Positions 40,839 to 54,930 of a stretch of 64,000 nt of DNA are shown in pieces. The position numbers and the translations under genes are program-made. The notes beneath the pieces are model-generated. The model ran no database searches and was not told the DNA's origin. It saw only the letters and a program-made list of their open reading frames with translations. Within the stretch, counting starts at the first letter, position 1, and every line of letters starts with the position of its first letter. This DNA comes from Euprymna scolopes (taxonomy: Eukaryota): assembly GCA_053919585.1 (NCBI GenBank), contig CM132786.1; one strand, written 5' to 3'.

Positions 40839-41425
40839 TATAGTGAGCCATTTACACCTTTCAAATTCGCGATGTCTAGATCAAACACACAGACACAGAA
40901 GAAGCTGTGTGCAGTGGCACACACACACAAATGGAGTAGGGTACGCGCAAGCATGACATGAATTTGATACACGTGCAATTCCTGTGACCTCTTACATAGC
41001 CTTCCGTTTCCCTTCTCTTCTTTTTCTTTTTCGCTTGACACGAAGCAGTGCATACATATAAATCTGAACGCTGCATAAGCATGTACTCGGAGAGCAGCAC
41101 CCATCCTTTTGAGGTAAGGCGATTGATCCTTCACGAACTTTAATACCAACATAATGTCTTGCCAAGAACAATCAATTATTCATAAGATTCAACGATTCTA
41201 TTGGACTATTTATAAACATTCAGTACACACATTTTTACACAATGAAACTTGCAGTTTATCTTCATCTGTTCGTGTACGTCAACAAATGTTTTAAAGTTAT
41301 TTTGTTTGCATGAATAAATGTTTATTGTATATTTTTGTAACTCGGTATTCGGTTATAATTAATTATGGTCGGAGTTATTGAACACGTCCTTATTCATTTA
41401 CTGATCGGTATATCCGATCTCAACA
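40839..41425 (+). repeat. 3' LTR (family A)
   Basis: Follows the G8 PPT, contains AATAAA, ends CAACA followed by the TSD GACT. Confidence 0.85.
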
Positions 41426-42519
41426 GACTTATGCTATCTCAGCATTTTATTAATTCCACAAATACAGTTGGATAAACTCTGGGTCTTTTCTATTTTAAAG
41501 TTCTGCTTGAATAACTTTGTGATATCCCCAAAATTCCACATGCAGGAAATCGAGCGTCGATTAAGGCCCATCAAAGTAAAATCCAAGACTGGAGCTATAA
41601 CATCTTGAAGTGTGGGGCATGTGATATTTCAGAAGAGTTTTCGATTAGTGGCTAATTTGTACAAGTCCTGGAATTGCAGAGTTTTAATGAGTAGTTGTTT
41701 TCTATAATTCCTAAACAACCGGGGGGTTTCAGTGGGTAGGTGTTCTTTATATGACGCTTACATTTATTCTATGCGTCCGTATAATTTAAAAATCTCAAAC
41801 ATTAAATATAACTAATCATTCCTATTCAAAAACGTAAAGTCATTCAAAATTGGTTAATCGTAAAAAACATCAAAAACTTTATGTTAGTGTCAGTTATTGC
41901 TTTTCTATTAAAATTCTTTCACAAATTCAACTTATGTTTTAATAAAACCCAACCTATTTGCGATTTATCAACTTGTTCTTTATATCTTTTGTTATTTATC
42001 AGCATATTTATTTTTTATATTGCTAGTGTACAAGTCAAAATTATATTTATCATCACGAGTTCATTGACCTATAATGAAGTTGTTTTTTGCCTGAAGTAAA
42101 GGACAATAATTAAACGTCAATATCTTCTATCGTATGGAAAGCTCTAATGACTTATTCATAGAGTTTTATTTACGTACATGTATTTACACTAATACAAAGA
42201 TACTATTGGGTAAATAGCAAAGTAACCGTCGTGCTTTTTTTATTTTAAATGTGTAATGAAATAATATCTAATTAATGATTTTTTTTTTCATTTTTACAAC
42301 GTTCTTCTTATATTTAACAATATTTTAAAAGTCCTTACTAGATATCACAAAGCAAATCACGACCAAACATTCTTAAAAATCTGAAGAAATGTATTACGTT
42401 GATATTCCATATGTGATCACAAAATAAAACAACACGATTAAGCGAAATAGAATTCTTGAAGGGAAATCTTAATATTAAAACCATATATATTTAAAAAAAA
42501 CGGATAGTATTTAAGTGTT

Positions 42520-42865
42520 TTAATGGTGAATGCTCCGACGAACTGCAAGCACTTGTACCCCCCCGCCGTAAATAACCCCGATAAACCTGACAAGCAGTTA
42601 AATCCACATTTACATATTAGATATCCTTAGATGTAAGATAGCTATTTATACCAGGAGTTTATTCCCCGGAACTGCTAGACTTTGGAATTCTCTTCCAGGT
42701 CCTTGCTTCCCCAACTGTCCTGACATGCAGAAGTTCAAGTGTAATGTGGACCAACATCTTGCTAGTCAACCCTCTACATAGTACCCCTGTAGTTTAGGTC
42801 CCTGATAATAGCCTCCCCCTACATCTAAGTTGCAATGTGCCTTGTTTGGGTTGAAAATGTAATTT
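42520..42865 (+). mobile_element. CR1/L2-group LINE 3' fragment
   Basis: GECSDELQALVPP..FPGTARLWNSLP..FP..FKCNV plus a 3' UTR shared with 19281-19370. Confidence 0.7.
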
Positions 42866-43231
42866 TAAAATGATGCCAAACAAATTCACTGTTCTTTTTT
42901 CTACAGAAGATAAGAACTGTACTAGTTTTAATTTATATTGACCTTCACAGAAACAATCAACTGATAAAGTTAAAATATACTTACGTTATATTAAAAACAC
43001 CTTTCTTAGTCTTATCCAATTATATAGATATTCTAAATAATCCTACTTATTCAAAATTGAATACAAGAAAATGTAAAAAGTGCACGAACTTACTAATATA
43101 ATGTTTTATTTCCTAGTAGACAATATTTATTTCCTAAACCTATTCAGATACTGTTAAAAAGTAAATATTTAATTACGCTCTCCCATATATACCTACTGAA
43201 TGTGTTAAAATATAATGCATGATTCTTTTGT

Positions 43232-43296
<65 letters not shown>

Positions 43297-43989
43297 GATA
43301 TATATATACACATTCATACAATATATATATAATTATATATTTTNNNNNNNNNNNNNNNNNNNNNNNNNNNNNNNNNNNNNNNNNNNNNNNNNNNNNNNNN
43401 NNNNNNNNNNNNNNNNNNNNNNNNNNNNNNNNNNNNNNNNNNNNNNNNNNNNNNNNNNNNNNNNNNNNNNNNNNNNNNNNNNNGTCTTAATGAGAAAAGT
43501 TTCAGTAAAATATATATAAGGTGCTGTGCTCGGAGTATTGCCGTTATAAGCTCAATAGGTGCAATTAAATAGGGCTGCCTTTATATAAAGGGGCAGGCAT
43601 TAATAATTTTTAAATAAATTATTTAGTTCTCACAGGAGAAAACATAAAATCTTATTTAAATGTAGCATCGTTTCGGAAACGATATCCGTTTATTCATTCA
43701 ATATTTACAAATTAAACCATCGGGAAATGAGTAAAATAGTTCTGGATATCGCCAGCATAAATGATAAACGATCGTGGATATAAATATAATTTACTGTTTT
43801 CTCCTATAGAATCTTTATTGATAATATTTCTTTTCATGTAGATATCACCACTTATGAAAGCACGTAGGCGACTCGATTAAAAGGGTCATTGAGTGTACAG
43901 TATTCACTGGGATAATATCGTAGGAAAAAGTTTGGTTAATTGGATTACTTAACGAAGCGGTTCATCGAGAATTTGTTTGTGTTGGACTT

Positions 43990-44945
43990 GAGGACAACCA
44001 AGTTAATGTCAGCTGGGAAACAGGCAAACGGAAGAGAGTTCTACAGGCGTCCAGTTCTAAGAAAGCAGCTTTGGTCATGGAATTTACGTTTTGATTTTGG
44101 CACAGACTAAGAATGAGGAAAATTATTAACGGTGTTTTCATCTAGACGGGCATTTGTCGCGACAGATTGGCGAGTTATGAGGGTAGAGACAATACGAGCA
44201 CTAGCCAGGGAAATTACAATAAAACAAAGACAGTCTCGCAACGTCTCTTCTGCGGAAAATGGGTTGCAGGGAATAGAAACGGGCATCCCCACTAAGCTAC
44301 GAAATCTATTTTGTATTCTGTCAAGGAAAGATTAAGCTACTTCTAGCAGCTCCTGCCCAGATGTTGCAGCAGTACTCCATCCTTGCACGTATTTGGTTTT
44401 AATGTAGATAGAGAATTGCATCAGCAGTAAGATATCTATGGGGCGGTAGACGGATCCCATCATTTTTCCAGCGACATTAGCAACAGATGTTATGTACCTG
44501 TTCCATTTCAGTTAAGGAGTAACGGTCAAGCCAAGAAGCTTATAAAAACATTGAACCTCCCCAGAACGAGAGATATCCATTTCAATTGATGTCAGATGTG
44601 AATCAGAGCGTAAATATAGAAGATTGGTTTTAGATGCATTAAAAGTAACAAGGAACCTCTTCCCCCATTGTACCACGCGCTCAAGATCAGAGGAGAGATA
44701 ATCAGAGAGAACTATGTCATTTACGGCCTGTGTTACCTGTGTTGCCATAGATCCTAGTGTTACCAGCATAAATGTCAACGAAAGATCCAAGAATGTGTTT
44801 GGGAGATCATTAATGTAGATCAGGAAGAGAGTTGGGCCCAGGATGTACCGCCGATAGACACCAGCATTAATATTGTTATTTCTGCCCATTAATCACTACT
44901 CTTTGGAGCCTATCAGAAATAAATGATTTAGTAATAGAGAAGTTA
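43990..44945 (-). mobile_element. CR1/L2-group LINE RT fragment
   Basis: INAGV..ILGPTLFLIYINDLP..DLERVVQWG..VTFNASKT, then MEYCCNIWAG; frameshifted. Confidence 0.8.
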
Positions 44946-44949
44946 AAAA

Positions 44950-46532
44950 TATTTGATCTCTGCGGTCTCTAACAAATAACTCAGCCAACTTTTGGTCTAA
45001 TCATTTGAAATTTTACATAAACAATATTCAGGCATAGGGCAAGTTTTTTAATTGTAATTTTAGTTTTTTTGCTAAAAATTTGGTTTCCAAGGGGTCAAAG
45101 TTCAGAAGAGTGATTTTTGCGGTCTCTAGCAAACTATTAAGCCAATTTTTTGTTTAAACATTTGAAATTTTACATAAAGGTTATTCAGCCTTTCAGCAAG
45201 CTGTTTAATCAGTTTCTGAGCGAATATTTGGCAGCCAAGTGGTCAAAGTTGATAGAGTTGACTGTTGCAGATTCTACCAAATCATCCGAAAAATTTGGAG
45301 TCCAAACACTTCAAATCTTAAATTTTGTTGACTTGGATATGGGTTAGACATTATAATTTGATTAAATCCCCAAACAATGAAGTTTAAAGGGTCAAATAAG
45401 GGTCAAAGTAAAAAATAGACCTTTGCGGTCTCTAGCAATTGTTTTCTTTGGTAGTTAAGGAAGCCTATTATATAGAAAGGCATTATCATACATATGCACA
45501 CTTTTTAATATATAAACTTTTTAATATATACATATGCACATACAGTACATAGGGCCCGAGCAAAGCCGGGATGAATTGCTAATGTATCTATATATCTATA
45601 AAAGTGAAAATGTCTGTTTGTGTGTGTGTGTGTGTGTCTGTGTACATTTCCCTAAAAAATAACTCAGCGAATTTTTAATCTAGAGACTTGAGAATTGACA
45701 AAAGGGGTATTGAGACTTGGGAAAGTCTTTTTATCAGATTTCGGCCCGTATTTTAGCTGTTAAAGGGTCAAAGTGCTACTATTTTTCATTTGAAAACTCT
45801 ACCAGTCTCATCTGTCAATTTTGGGTCTAAACACTTGAAAGTTTAAATGTAGATAACTTGGACATTGATCGAAATTGTTAATTTGATTTTAAAATAAAAA
45901 AATAAATGTTACTGGGTTACAACTAGGGTCAAAGTTTTTAAAAATTTACCTCTACGGTCTCTACCAAATTACTCAGCCAATTTCTGGTCTAAACATTAGA
46001 AATTTTATATAAAGGATATTCAGAGATAGGGCTAGCTTTTACATGGGTTTGTGTCGAAAATTTCAGCTTCCAAGGAGTAAAGTTCAAAAGATTTGACCTT
46101 TTCGGTTTCTAGCAAACTACCAAACTACCAAGAAAATTTAAAATGTGTACATGATGGGTGTTCAGTCAAGCGGCAAGCATTTTATTCAGTTTTGGGGCGT
46201 AATTTCGGCTGTTAAAAGGTCAAAGATTAAAATGTGACCTTTTCAGATTCTAGTAAATTTCTCCGTGAATGTTCGGTCTAAACACTTGAGGTTTTAGATG
46301 TAGGATATTCGGACATGGGTAACACATTTTATTTTGTATTTGAGACCGAAATAATAAATGTTAAGGTGTAAAAATGCGGGTCCAATTTATAATAAATTCA
46401 CCTCTGCACCTTTTTAAAAATTATTCAAACAATTTTTGGTCTAAACATTTGAAATCTTACGTAACGATTATTCACGTAAGACAATATATGCACATTACAT
46501 GGGACCCAATCAAAGGCGGCCTGAACAGCTAG
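44950..46532 (+). mobile_element. Two tandem non-autonomous Helitrons (44950-45582, 45587-46532)
   Basis: Hairpin CCCGAGCAAAGCCGGG plus CTAA, directly followed by TCTATATATCTATAAAAGTGAAAATGTCTGT(GT)n; second unit ends CTAG-T at 46529-33; subrepeats related to the 10.3-12.4 kb family. Confidence 0.75.
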
Positions 46533-47119
46533 TAATATATAAATTGACGTTATTGCTTTGATAAAAACACAGAGACAACACTGGCCTTGTTAGCATTCAC
46601 TTATATCTGTACTCACGTGTACATTGTACTAGGATGCTACTAGATCTACTGAATATCTCGGATCAATACCTTATGAAAAATGTAATCTTGAACATATTTG
46701 CATAAGTATTTCCTCATTCTTGGAAAAAGTGTGGATTAAATTTGTATTATTAGTTTAGTAAGTAATTGATATGGGCATAAACTGAAACAAAAAATACATA
46801 GAACAAAATACATCATCGGAGAAAATCACTGTTCTATATTATTTCAATTAACGTTGTCTGCCATATTTCTTTCATATACAAACATTTATTTGTATATACG
46901 TATGTACGCATATGATAGTTTTCTATATACACACATATCAGNNNNNNNNNNNNNNNNNNNNNNNNNNNNNNNNNNNNNNNNNNNNNNNNNNNNNNNNNNN
47001 NNNNNNNNNNNNNNNNNNNNNNNNNNNNNNNNNNNNNNNNNNNNNNNNNNNNNNNNNNNNNNNNNNNNNNNNNNNNNNNNNNNNNNNNNNNNNNNNNNNN
47101 NNNNNNNNNNNNNNNNNNN

Positions 47120-47852
47120 TGTGTCTGGTCACGAATAGGCTCCTATATGGTTGATAAATTAAAAAAAACTGATTGCATACAATGTTAGAAGATGTATCGA
47201 GACACATGAATGGGTATGTTTGATCTGGCAGAACGGTGGTTCATTAAAACTATGGGGTCTGCGTTCGCGCCTGATCCACAAAGTATAGAAATAAAAAAAA
47301 TTTAAAAATTTAAAAAAAAAACGTTTACAAGTGTTTTTGATATAGATGTACATACGAATACTTTGATAAGTATGTTTTAACTTAAATAGGGATGGTATAA
47401 TAAACTTATGAGGTTTGCGTTCGTGCCTGGCCTCTATAGAATGGAAACAGGCACAAACTTTAATAAACACTTTTCATATCAATCTACGTAAGTATACTTT
47501 GAAAATTATATTTCAGTTTGAAGAAATATGGTATAATAAAATCATGGGGTGTTTGTTCTCGCTTGACTTCCATAGAATGAAAATATGCCACAAATTTTAC
47601 CAAGGTTTGTTAATATAGATCCACAGAATATTCTGATAAGTTTTTCAATGTGAACAAGTATGGTATATACATTATGGGGGTCATCTATTTTATTTTTACT
47701 TTCATCATATTTTTCTTTGGTTTTTATACCCCCAAATTCAACCAAAATTTACAACCCATCCTTTTTATAACCTATAATACTTTTATACATCAGAAGCCAT
47801 TTTCTGTGAGCTGATTTTGAACCCAGCCAGCCAACGACGGATATTTTTGCTA

Positions 47853-47853
<1 letters not shown>
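47120..47853 (+). mobile_element. Non-autonomous Helitron-like element with internal tandem repeats
   Basis: Homologous to 28672-29165; ends CTAG-T at 47850-54. Confidence 0.7.
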
Positions 47854-47904
<51 letters not shown>

Positions 47905-49902
47905 ATATATACAAACTGTATTTTATATATCATTTATACCTTAGTATATATATATATATATATATACGTATATGTGTATATATATATATATATATGCGTG
48001 CGTGTGTGTGTGCGTGTGTGTGTGCTCGTGTGTGGGTATGTTTATAAGTGTTTGACGTTATATTGTATCGATATGTTTTTTTCATGACTTGTCCTTTTTA
48101 TATATATACACGTTTGGCATTTTCTCTAAACTCCTTTCTATGTCACGTATTTTTGCTGATTACCACTAAATATTTGACACTTCTTTGCCGCAAATGTTTT
48201 TTGATTATTCTGAATTTATCCCTGATTATTCATCTTTTTTTAATTATTATTCGTTTTAATTTTGGCATAGAAAATAAGTTAATATATCTACCCTTAGTTG
48301 TTCACGGTTATAGTAAATCAAAACCCAATCATATGTTTTATAAATTGACAAATTACATAATGATATAGAAACATATGCACGGAAATATACCTTGTTTACT
48401 GTTTGTAAATGGGACTATTTTTGACACTTGTAAATACTCGTAATTCATAGAACGTTTGTAACGTTTACATGCATATCTGTTCGCACAGAATAAACTCCTA
48501 AATGTATTACAAATTATGAAACTTAAATGCAAAGCGTAAAATAGTGTAGTTTAAATGTAGTGTTATTCACTCGCATTTCCATATATCAAAAATAAGGAAA
48601 AGCGAGTGGACGTCCGTCTTAAAAATAGGATGCATATGAGAATTGACACTATACTCTTATTTATAGGGTTTTTTTTTTAATATTATGATTACATTTTAAT
48701 AATAACTTTGAGGAAGGCAGTTTAACAATTTTAAAATTTGAATTTTAAATTTTCATTGAAGTAATCTTGAGTTATAAATCGGTAAGTATTACATAACAAA
48801 ATAAGATGTTATAAATATCAATGTATTCCAAACCCTTAGTGTATTTGAGTCTTACATATTGCACATTTTCTAGAATAAAACTAAGTAATGACTTTCAAAC
48901 AAAACCGGAATAAAGAATTATAACATCAAAGTATTTGTCTATATTGGTATATATCTTCGTACAATGACGTAAGAAAAGAGGGTATCTACTGTTCACGAAT
49001 ACGTAATTATAGACTCTCGGGTTATCGCAAAAAAAAAATCGAGAAAAATAAGAATTACGAGGTTCCAGAATAAAAAGGCAAATAGAGCAGGGTTGCACTA
49101 ATCTTTTGAAATATGTTTATTCCAAAACAAGATCATTTTTATTGGATGTAAATTCAAAAAAAAAAACTGTAAACATGTTACATTTAGCCTGAACATATGA
49201 TATTATTATCGTAAACTTTCTATTTTTTCATGTTTGCTGCTCATGTAAAGCTTTTGTCTTTATTTTATTATAACAAGTAATAAAGTTTTAAATTTTAGGA
49301 AAACTTATATATGATATAATGTTCTTTCGAAAAACATAACGCTCAATTAATACCGTTTTTACCTGAATGTATACTTTTGGTTAATGTTTGTCATTACTCG
49401 CTTTGATTAAATTTACATTCTGTAGAAACAAATTCATACATAACTACATAATAAATATGGTTTCTTATTTGTAGGTTTTCAGGTGAAATCTTACATATAG
49501 GAATGGTTTTTGTAAGTATTAAGTTTTATTGAACACTTTTTGTGAATTAATAACTTATGTTCAGATGGAAAAAAACGCTTTCCTTTGTACTTCTTTAAAA
49601 TATGAACTCTTCTAACAGTAATTGTAAAGTCTTAAGAATCCAGAAATAATGATCTGCTTTTTTATGTTTCTTTTTGAACTGCAGTCATGTTTCATTTGAC
49701 AGTAAAAATCAATAAGCCTTTATGCATGAAAGTTGTACATAGCCGCCAGCAGTATTGTAAACTTCTAATAAAATTCAACGAATATACGTAAAAAATAATT
49801 TAGATCTCTTAAAATGAATTCAATTTGTATTATATTAACTTGTTAATATTCTTATTTAATCTCTATTTATCTTTTATGTAAGGATTTATATGCATATATA
49901 TC

Positions 49903-49948
<46 letters not shown>

Positions 49949-49949
<1 letters not shown>

Positions 49950-50766
49950 GAGCATCTCAACCCGGCGTTACCCGGCTGTTTGGATGTGTCTGTTGAGAAA
50001 AAAATTGGTAGTAGGAAGGCAGGCGCGAACCTGTACCGCAAAGGAGGAAAAGAACGGAGAAAACCTGATGTCTTTGCTGTTACAACCACCGCCAAACCGG
50101 AAATGACTTACATTTAAATTAAGGATAGATAATTGAAAGACGACAATGAATTTCAAAAATATTGTCGAAAAAGCAACCTTATAGAGAAAAGTGCCGAGTT
50201 GAAGGTAAAGATACTAATGATATAGCCAAGTTTTCGATATTTGCTGTCTAAAAGGTCGAACTTCAAAACGACACTGATCGAAAAATCCGTCGATTCTGTC
50301 GAAAGTTTTCGGCAGACATGCAAACATACATATGTACATACATACATACATACATACATGTATATATTTATAACTAAAATTTTTCGACCCAAACCGATTA
50401 AAAAGCTTGCCTTATCTCTGAATACACTTTATGTAAAATTTCAAATCTTTAGACCAGAAATTGTCTGAGTTGGTAGAGACCGCAGAGGTCAGTTTGTTTA
50501 ACTAAGACCACTATTATGACTACTTTACATTTGTTGTTTGGGGCTCAAATCAAGTTAAGTTAGATCCATGTCCAAAGAACATATATCTAAAATTTCAAGT
50601 GTTTAGACCCAAAATGTCGGAGGAGTTTGGTAGAGTTCTCAAAGGTCAAATCGTTTATCTCTGACCCCTTACCAGCCAAATTTCTGGCCGAAAACCGATC
50701 ACAAAGATTTTCCCAAATCTCAGTACCTTTTATATCATATTTCGAGTTTGTAGACTAAAAATTGTC

Positions 50767-50803
<37 letters not shown>

Positions 50804-51175
50804 CATCTCAGCCCGCCCTTGCCCGGCTGTTTGGATTTGTATGTTGAGCATAAAAAACGGTCAATTTTTTAGCTTTGACCCTTATTATTACCCCTTAACA
50901 TTTATTGTTTTGGACTCAAATCAAGTTCTTAATTAGATCCATGTCCAAGAAATCTATATCTAAAATTTAGACCCAAAATTGTCGGAGGAGTTTGGTAGAG
51001 TTCTCAAAGGTCAAATCGTATAACTGTGATCCCTTAACAGCCAAATCTCTGGCCGAACTCGGATTACAACGATTTTTCAAAATCTCAATACCCCGTATTA
51101 CAAATTTCGGGTATGTAAATTGACAGAGTTATTGCCTGTGAAAATGTAGACACACAGAAACGTTCTTTTTATAGA
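49949..51175 (-). mobile_element. Two tandem non-autonomous Helitrons (49949-50770, 50800-51175)
   Basis: Same family as 10696-12441 (AGCATCTCA.CCCG..TT.CCCGGCTGTTTGGAT); units separated by a (TA)n tract. Confidence 0.8.
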
Positions 51176-51527
51176 TTAAGCAAAAATATATACGTATGCA
51201 AAAATATATAGAAACAATTTTGTGTTAACTGTTAACTTTTTACGCAAATATTATGCAATATAAATCATTTTGAATATCTGCATGAATATAATTACACGTA
51301 ATGGTTAACAAAAGATGATCATCCCATGAGAAAACCGAAAAAAAAACTAATAGGGAATTAGTTAAAATCAATGTTTAAAAGAATATGCAAATTAGTTAGA
51401 TCTTTTTCTAGGGAATGCAATTCCAAAACCCATGTACAAGAAAATTGTATTTTCTTTTTAAATAAATAAAAAAGTGGGTTTAGAATATGAATATCAATAC
51501 ACAGAAAAGAAAAACAAATTTATAGAA

Positions 51528-51574
<47 letters not shown>

Positions 51575-51620
51575 TGAATATAGTAATGCATATATGTCTC
51601 CAGACACACACACATATATA

Positions 51621-51655
<35 letters not shown>

Positions 51656-52110
51656 TTCTATTCATTGTTTCTATTAGTTTTAAGCTATTTTACTTTGTAG
51701 ACGTGTTTCCTAAAAGCTACTTATTTTATAGCAATCAAAATAAGTGTATGCATTATTACATCCATGTAAAAATATGCACAAACTGCCAAGATCGACCTTG
51801 TCCATTTTTAACATCGTTCGGTTATTTATGAATGTGTGTATGATTTTGGAAAAAAGGATAGACAAAAATGTGCGTGACTCACGCGTGTTCATAAATATAC
51901 ATAAGGTCAAAGGTTTCGAGTGCGAACCACAATGAGGGTTTATAGAGTTTATTTTAGAATATAAAACTCTTTCTGCTAAAAATATTCGCTTGACAGTGAT
52001 GGCTTACCAGGAGAGGCTCGTGGGTCATTGGTAAAGAGGAACGCCAGAAAAATACGCTGATGTATGCATTTACATAAAATATCTGTGTGTGAGTGTACAA
52101 GCGTGGGATG

Positions 52111-52167
<57 letters not shown>

Positions 52168-54652
52168 GGTTCAAATCTATAAAATATTGTCAAATAGTGC
52201 CACTTATTATGTTTGCGTGTTTCAATCTAGGAAAACATAGATCACAGAACTTGAGTTTTAAAATTGGAACACGTTCGGATAGTTTATAAAGTCTTATTTT
52301 CCATAATACTCATAGTAATATGTGGAGTGAAACAGCCTTAATACTAGTGCAGATAGCAAAACAATGTCAAATGAAGCTTACGAAACGAAATATCTTGAAA
52401 TAAGAGTGAAAGTTAGATTTCTCCTACTCAATTTGTTACGGAGCAAAATAATACAAAATAATTATCTTTGTGGGGGCGCCGCTCGTACCTACAGTCTGTA
52501 AGTCCGTTCTGTTATAATTTAATTAGTAATTAATTAGTAATTAGTTTATTATTAAAAAACAACCCTCTTCCTAATATCACTAACAAAGATTATTTCGAAT
52601 TAACAAACTCCCGTCACACCTGGGATTTATATTAGTTAACGACCAGTTCTGTATAGTAAACAGCTTCAGAAAATTAAAGTTTCAATTAAATAAAGATCTT
52701 TCTAGACTAAGGATTTTTTTTCTAAGGAATTAATTCAATTTTTCGTATATACTCCTCAGTCAATATTTCCGGGACCACTATCATACGGTCCAATTTAAAA
52801 TAAATCTTCAATTAAAGAATTCGCTCGAATAATTCTTCCTTAAAAGTCATGGTTTTAAACAAATGATTGAGAGGTAAGCATTATTACGAGTTAAAAAAAA
52901 TAACAAAATTGAAAACAAATCTTATTTTGATCAATTTTGTAAAAGGCATTCGCACACAAAAACTGTCATATTATCTAACCCCAATTTTTTTTACCAGTAA
53001 CCTTTTCTTCCTTTTTTTTAAACAGACAACAAAAAAAAAAATCAATAAAAAATCCCCCTTATGTTTAAACGTTAATTGTTACCTAACATGAAAAGGGACA
53101 TATAACCTGTTTGTGAAATAAAGTGTTGAAATAGAGTTCTATTTTTTTCAAATCTAAGCTGAAAAACCATTAACATTTTACAAGGTTGTTACATTTGCAA
53201 AGTCAAAAGCAATTTTGAAAAAAAGTCCTATATTTTCATAAACCTGAAATAAAGATCAGATAAACAATTGTTAGGTATCCTTTTATTCTTTCCTTTTTTT
53301 CTCTCTTTTAAAATTATTTTTCGAGCTTCGTGTGTAAAGGATTTTTTCTTTTTCTTTCATGTAATAACAACATGCATAGATATACACACATATGGATATA
53401 TATCTTGAGAGAGAGAGAGAGAGAGAGAAAAAAGAGAGAGAGCGTGAGAGAGAAAGAGATATTGATATATCTTTTTTTGTATATCCTAGAGATAGATTTT
53501 TTTTCGTCTCCGTTTTTTTTTCTTTGTGTAGGACACATTTCTTACTTTTTTTTCGAAGGGTTATTTTTTAATACCCTTTTTTTGGAATAGATCTTTTGTA
53601 ACTGTTTTTTTTTAGGTGCAAGACAATTTTTTTTTCGATTCTGAATGTTCTTTTTGAGTGCGTTTTTTTGTGTGCGTGTATACTTGTCTGCCATTTTTTT
53701 TTTAAATGTTGCCTGAAATATTTAGTTTTTAAAGACCATGGACCAGTTTTTTCTTTATTTGTCTAGTGGTTACAATTTTTTGTTTGTGCCGTAGGTTTAT
53801 TGGTTGAAATTATTTCCATGCTGGGAAACATTATGTCCTGGTCATAGTGCACCATTTATACCACTATCCGCCGGTCACTGAGGTGTGTGACCGACACACG
53901 TGTTATATTAAATGTCTTAAAGTGGGCTCGGGAAGATATGAAAATGGCCGTCGTTAGGGTCTATAAGAAGAAAAACATACATGAGACGTTGGATGTGCTG
54001 TATGGCTCCTTCTTCTCCCAGAAGACGTCTTGACCTCTTCACCTTTGGTGGCGTCCTGACTGGAATTTTCTTTCTTCATTTTCCGGACCGCTTCCTTGTA
54101 CAATGAAGTCATTTATGAAGTTATTTATGGCAGACACAAGAAAGACGACACGCGACACAATTGTAATATATATATATATATATGGAACATCACTAACTAT
54201 TTCATTTTACATTAGATACAATATATATTACACAAAAAACTTTTACAATTTAAACCTGGATAATGGGTTTTTCAATGCTAAGTAAGCTAACTAGTTTTGA
54301 GGGAGGGGGTGCTCCCCCTCCCCATTGATGGAGAGACAAAAATTATGGAGCTCACCTCATGACGGCCTGAACAGAAAGAGGGAGCTCTAGGAAAGGGAAT
54401 TAGGGGAAGGTGTTTCTTTGTATCTCTACACACATGTCCAAATCACCACCGAGCCATGCTGCAAAGGGTGTTAGAAACAGTGGCACTAAGTAATAGTGCA
54501 ACATCAGTGCAGTTATCAGCAGTAAACATACGTGCACGGTGCTTTATTATATTTCTAAATAAAAATATTGTCTTTGAATATGAAAAAAAAGTATTATATA
54601 TCTAGAACCAACCATCCGAGACCCGTCCTTCATAAACAGACAATATCCGGTT

Positions 54653-54930
54653 GCTTGGTTGGGTGCTTTTGTTTTACGGCATCTCAACCCTGTTCAGGTT
54701 ATTTAATGCCGAATCCAGTGATTTTGAAGAACAATTTTTAATAGAATATTTCTGTTTTTTTTTTTCAAGTCGGTTTCTATTTAACCCATAGTTGGGATCC
54801 TAACAGGTACTACCACTCCGGGTCAGAGTGGACCTGGGAGCAATGGTAATTAAAGGGTGGGTCCACATTCCCCAAAGCCTGCAAGCTTGGGCCTCACCAC
54901 CGAATATAGTTTAATGTCATATCCAGGACC
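54653..54930 (-). mobile_element. 5'-truncated SINE (central domain resembling Nin/Deu-type SINEs)
   Basis: Exact 16-bp TSD CAGACAATATCCGGTT at 54637-52 and 54931-46; body CTCCCAGGTCCACTCTGACCCGGAGTGGTAGTACCTGTTAGG on -; GGCAT..ATGCC hairpin and AACC-like tail. Confidence 0.75.

Larger units (their letters stand above)
37673..41425 (+). mobile_element. Decayed Gypsy LTR retrotransposon (CsRN1/Kabuki-like), chimeric
   Basis: Homologous LTRs 37673-38048 and 40839-41425 (TATAGTGAG..CAACA); GACT duplicated on both flanks; tRNA-Trp PBS; G8 PPT at 40827-34; integrase C-terminal remnants HVFILVDTIRRP.QP.Y..PY.VL and TRSGRHIAFP at ~40390-40705. Confidence 0.85.
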
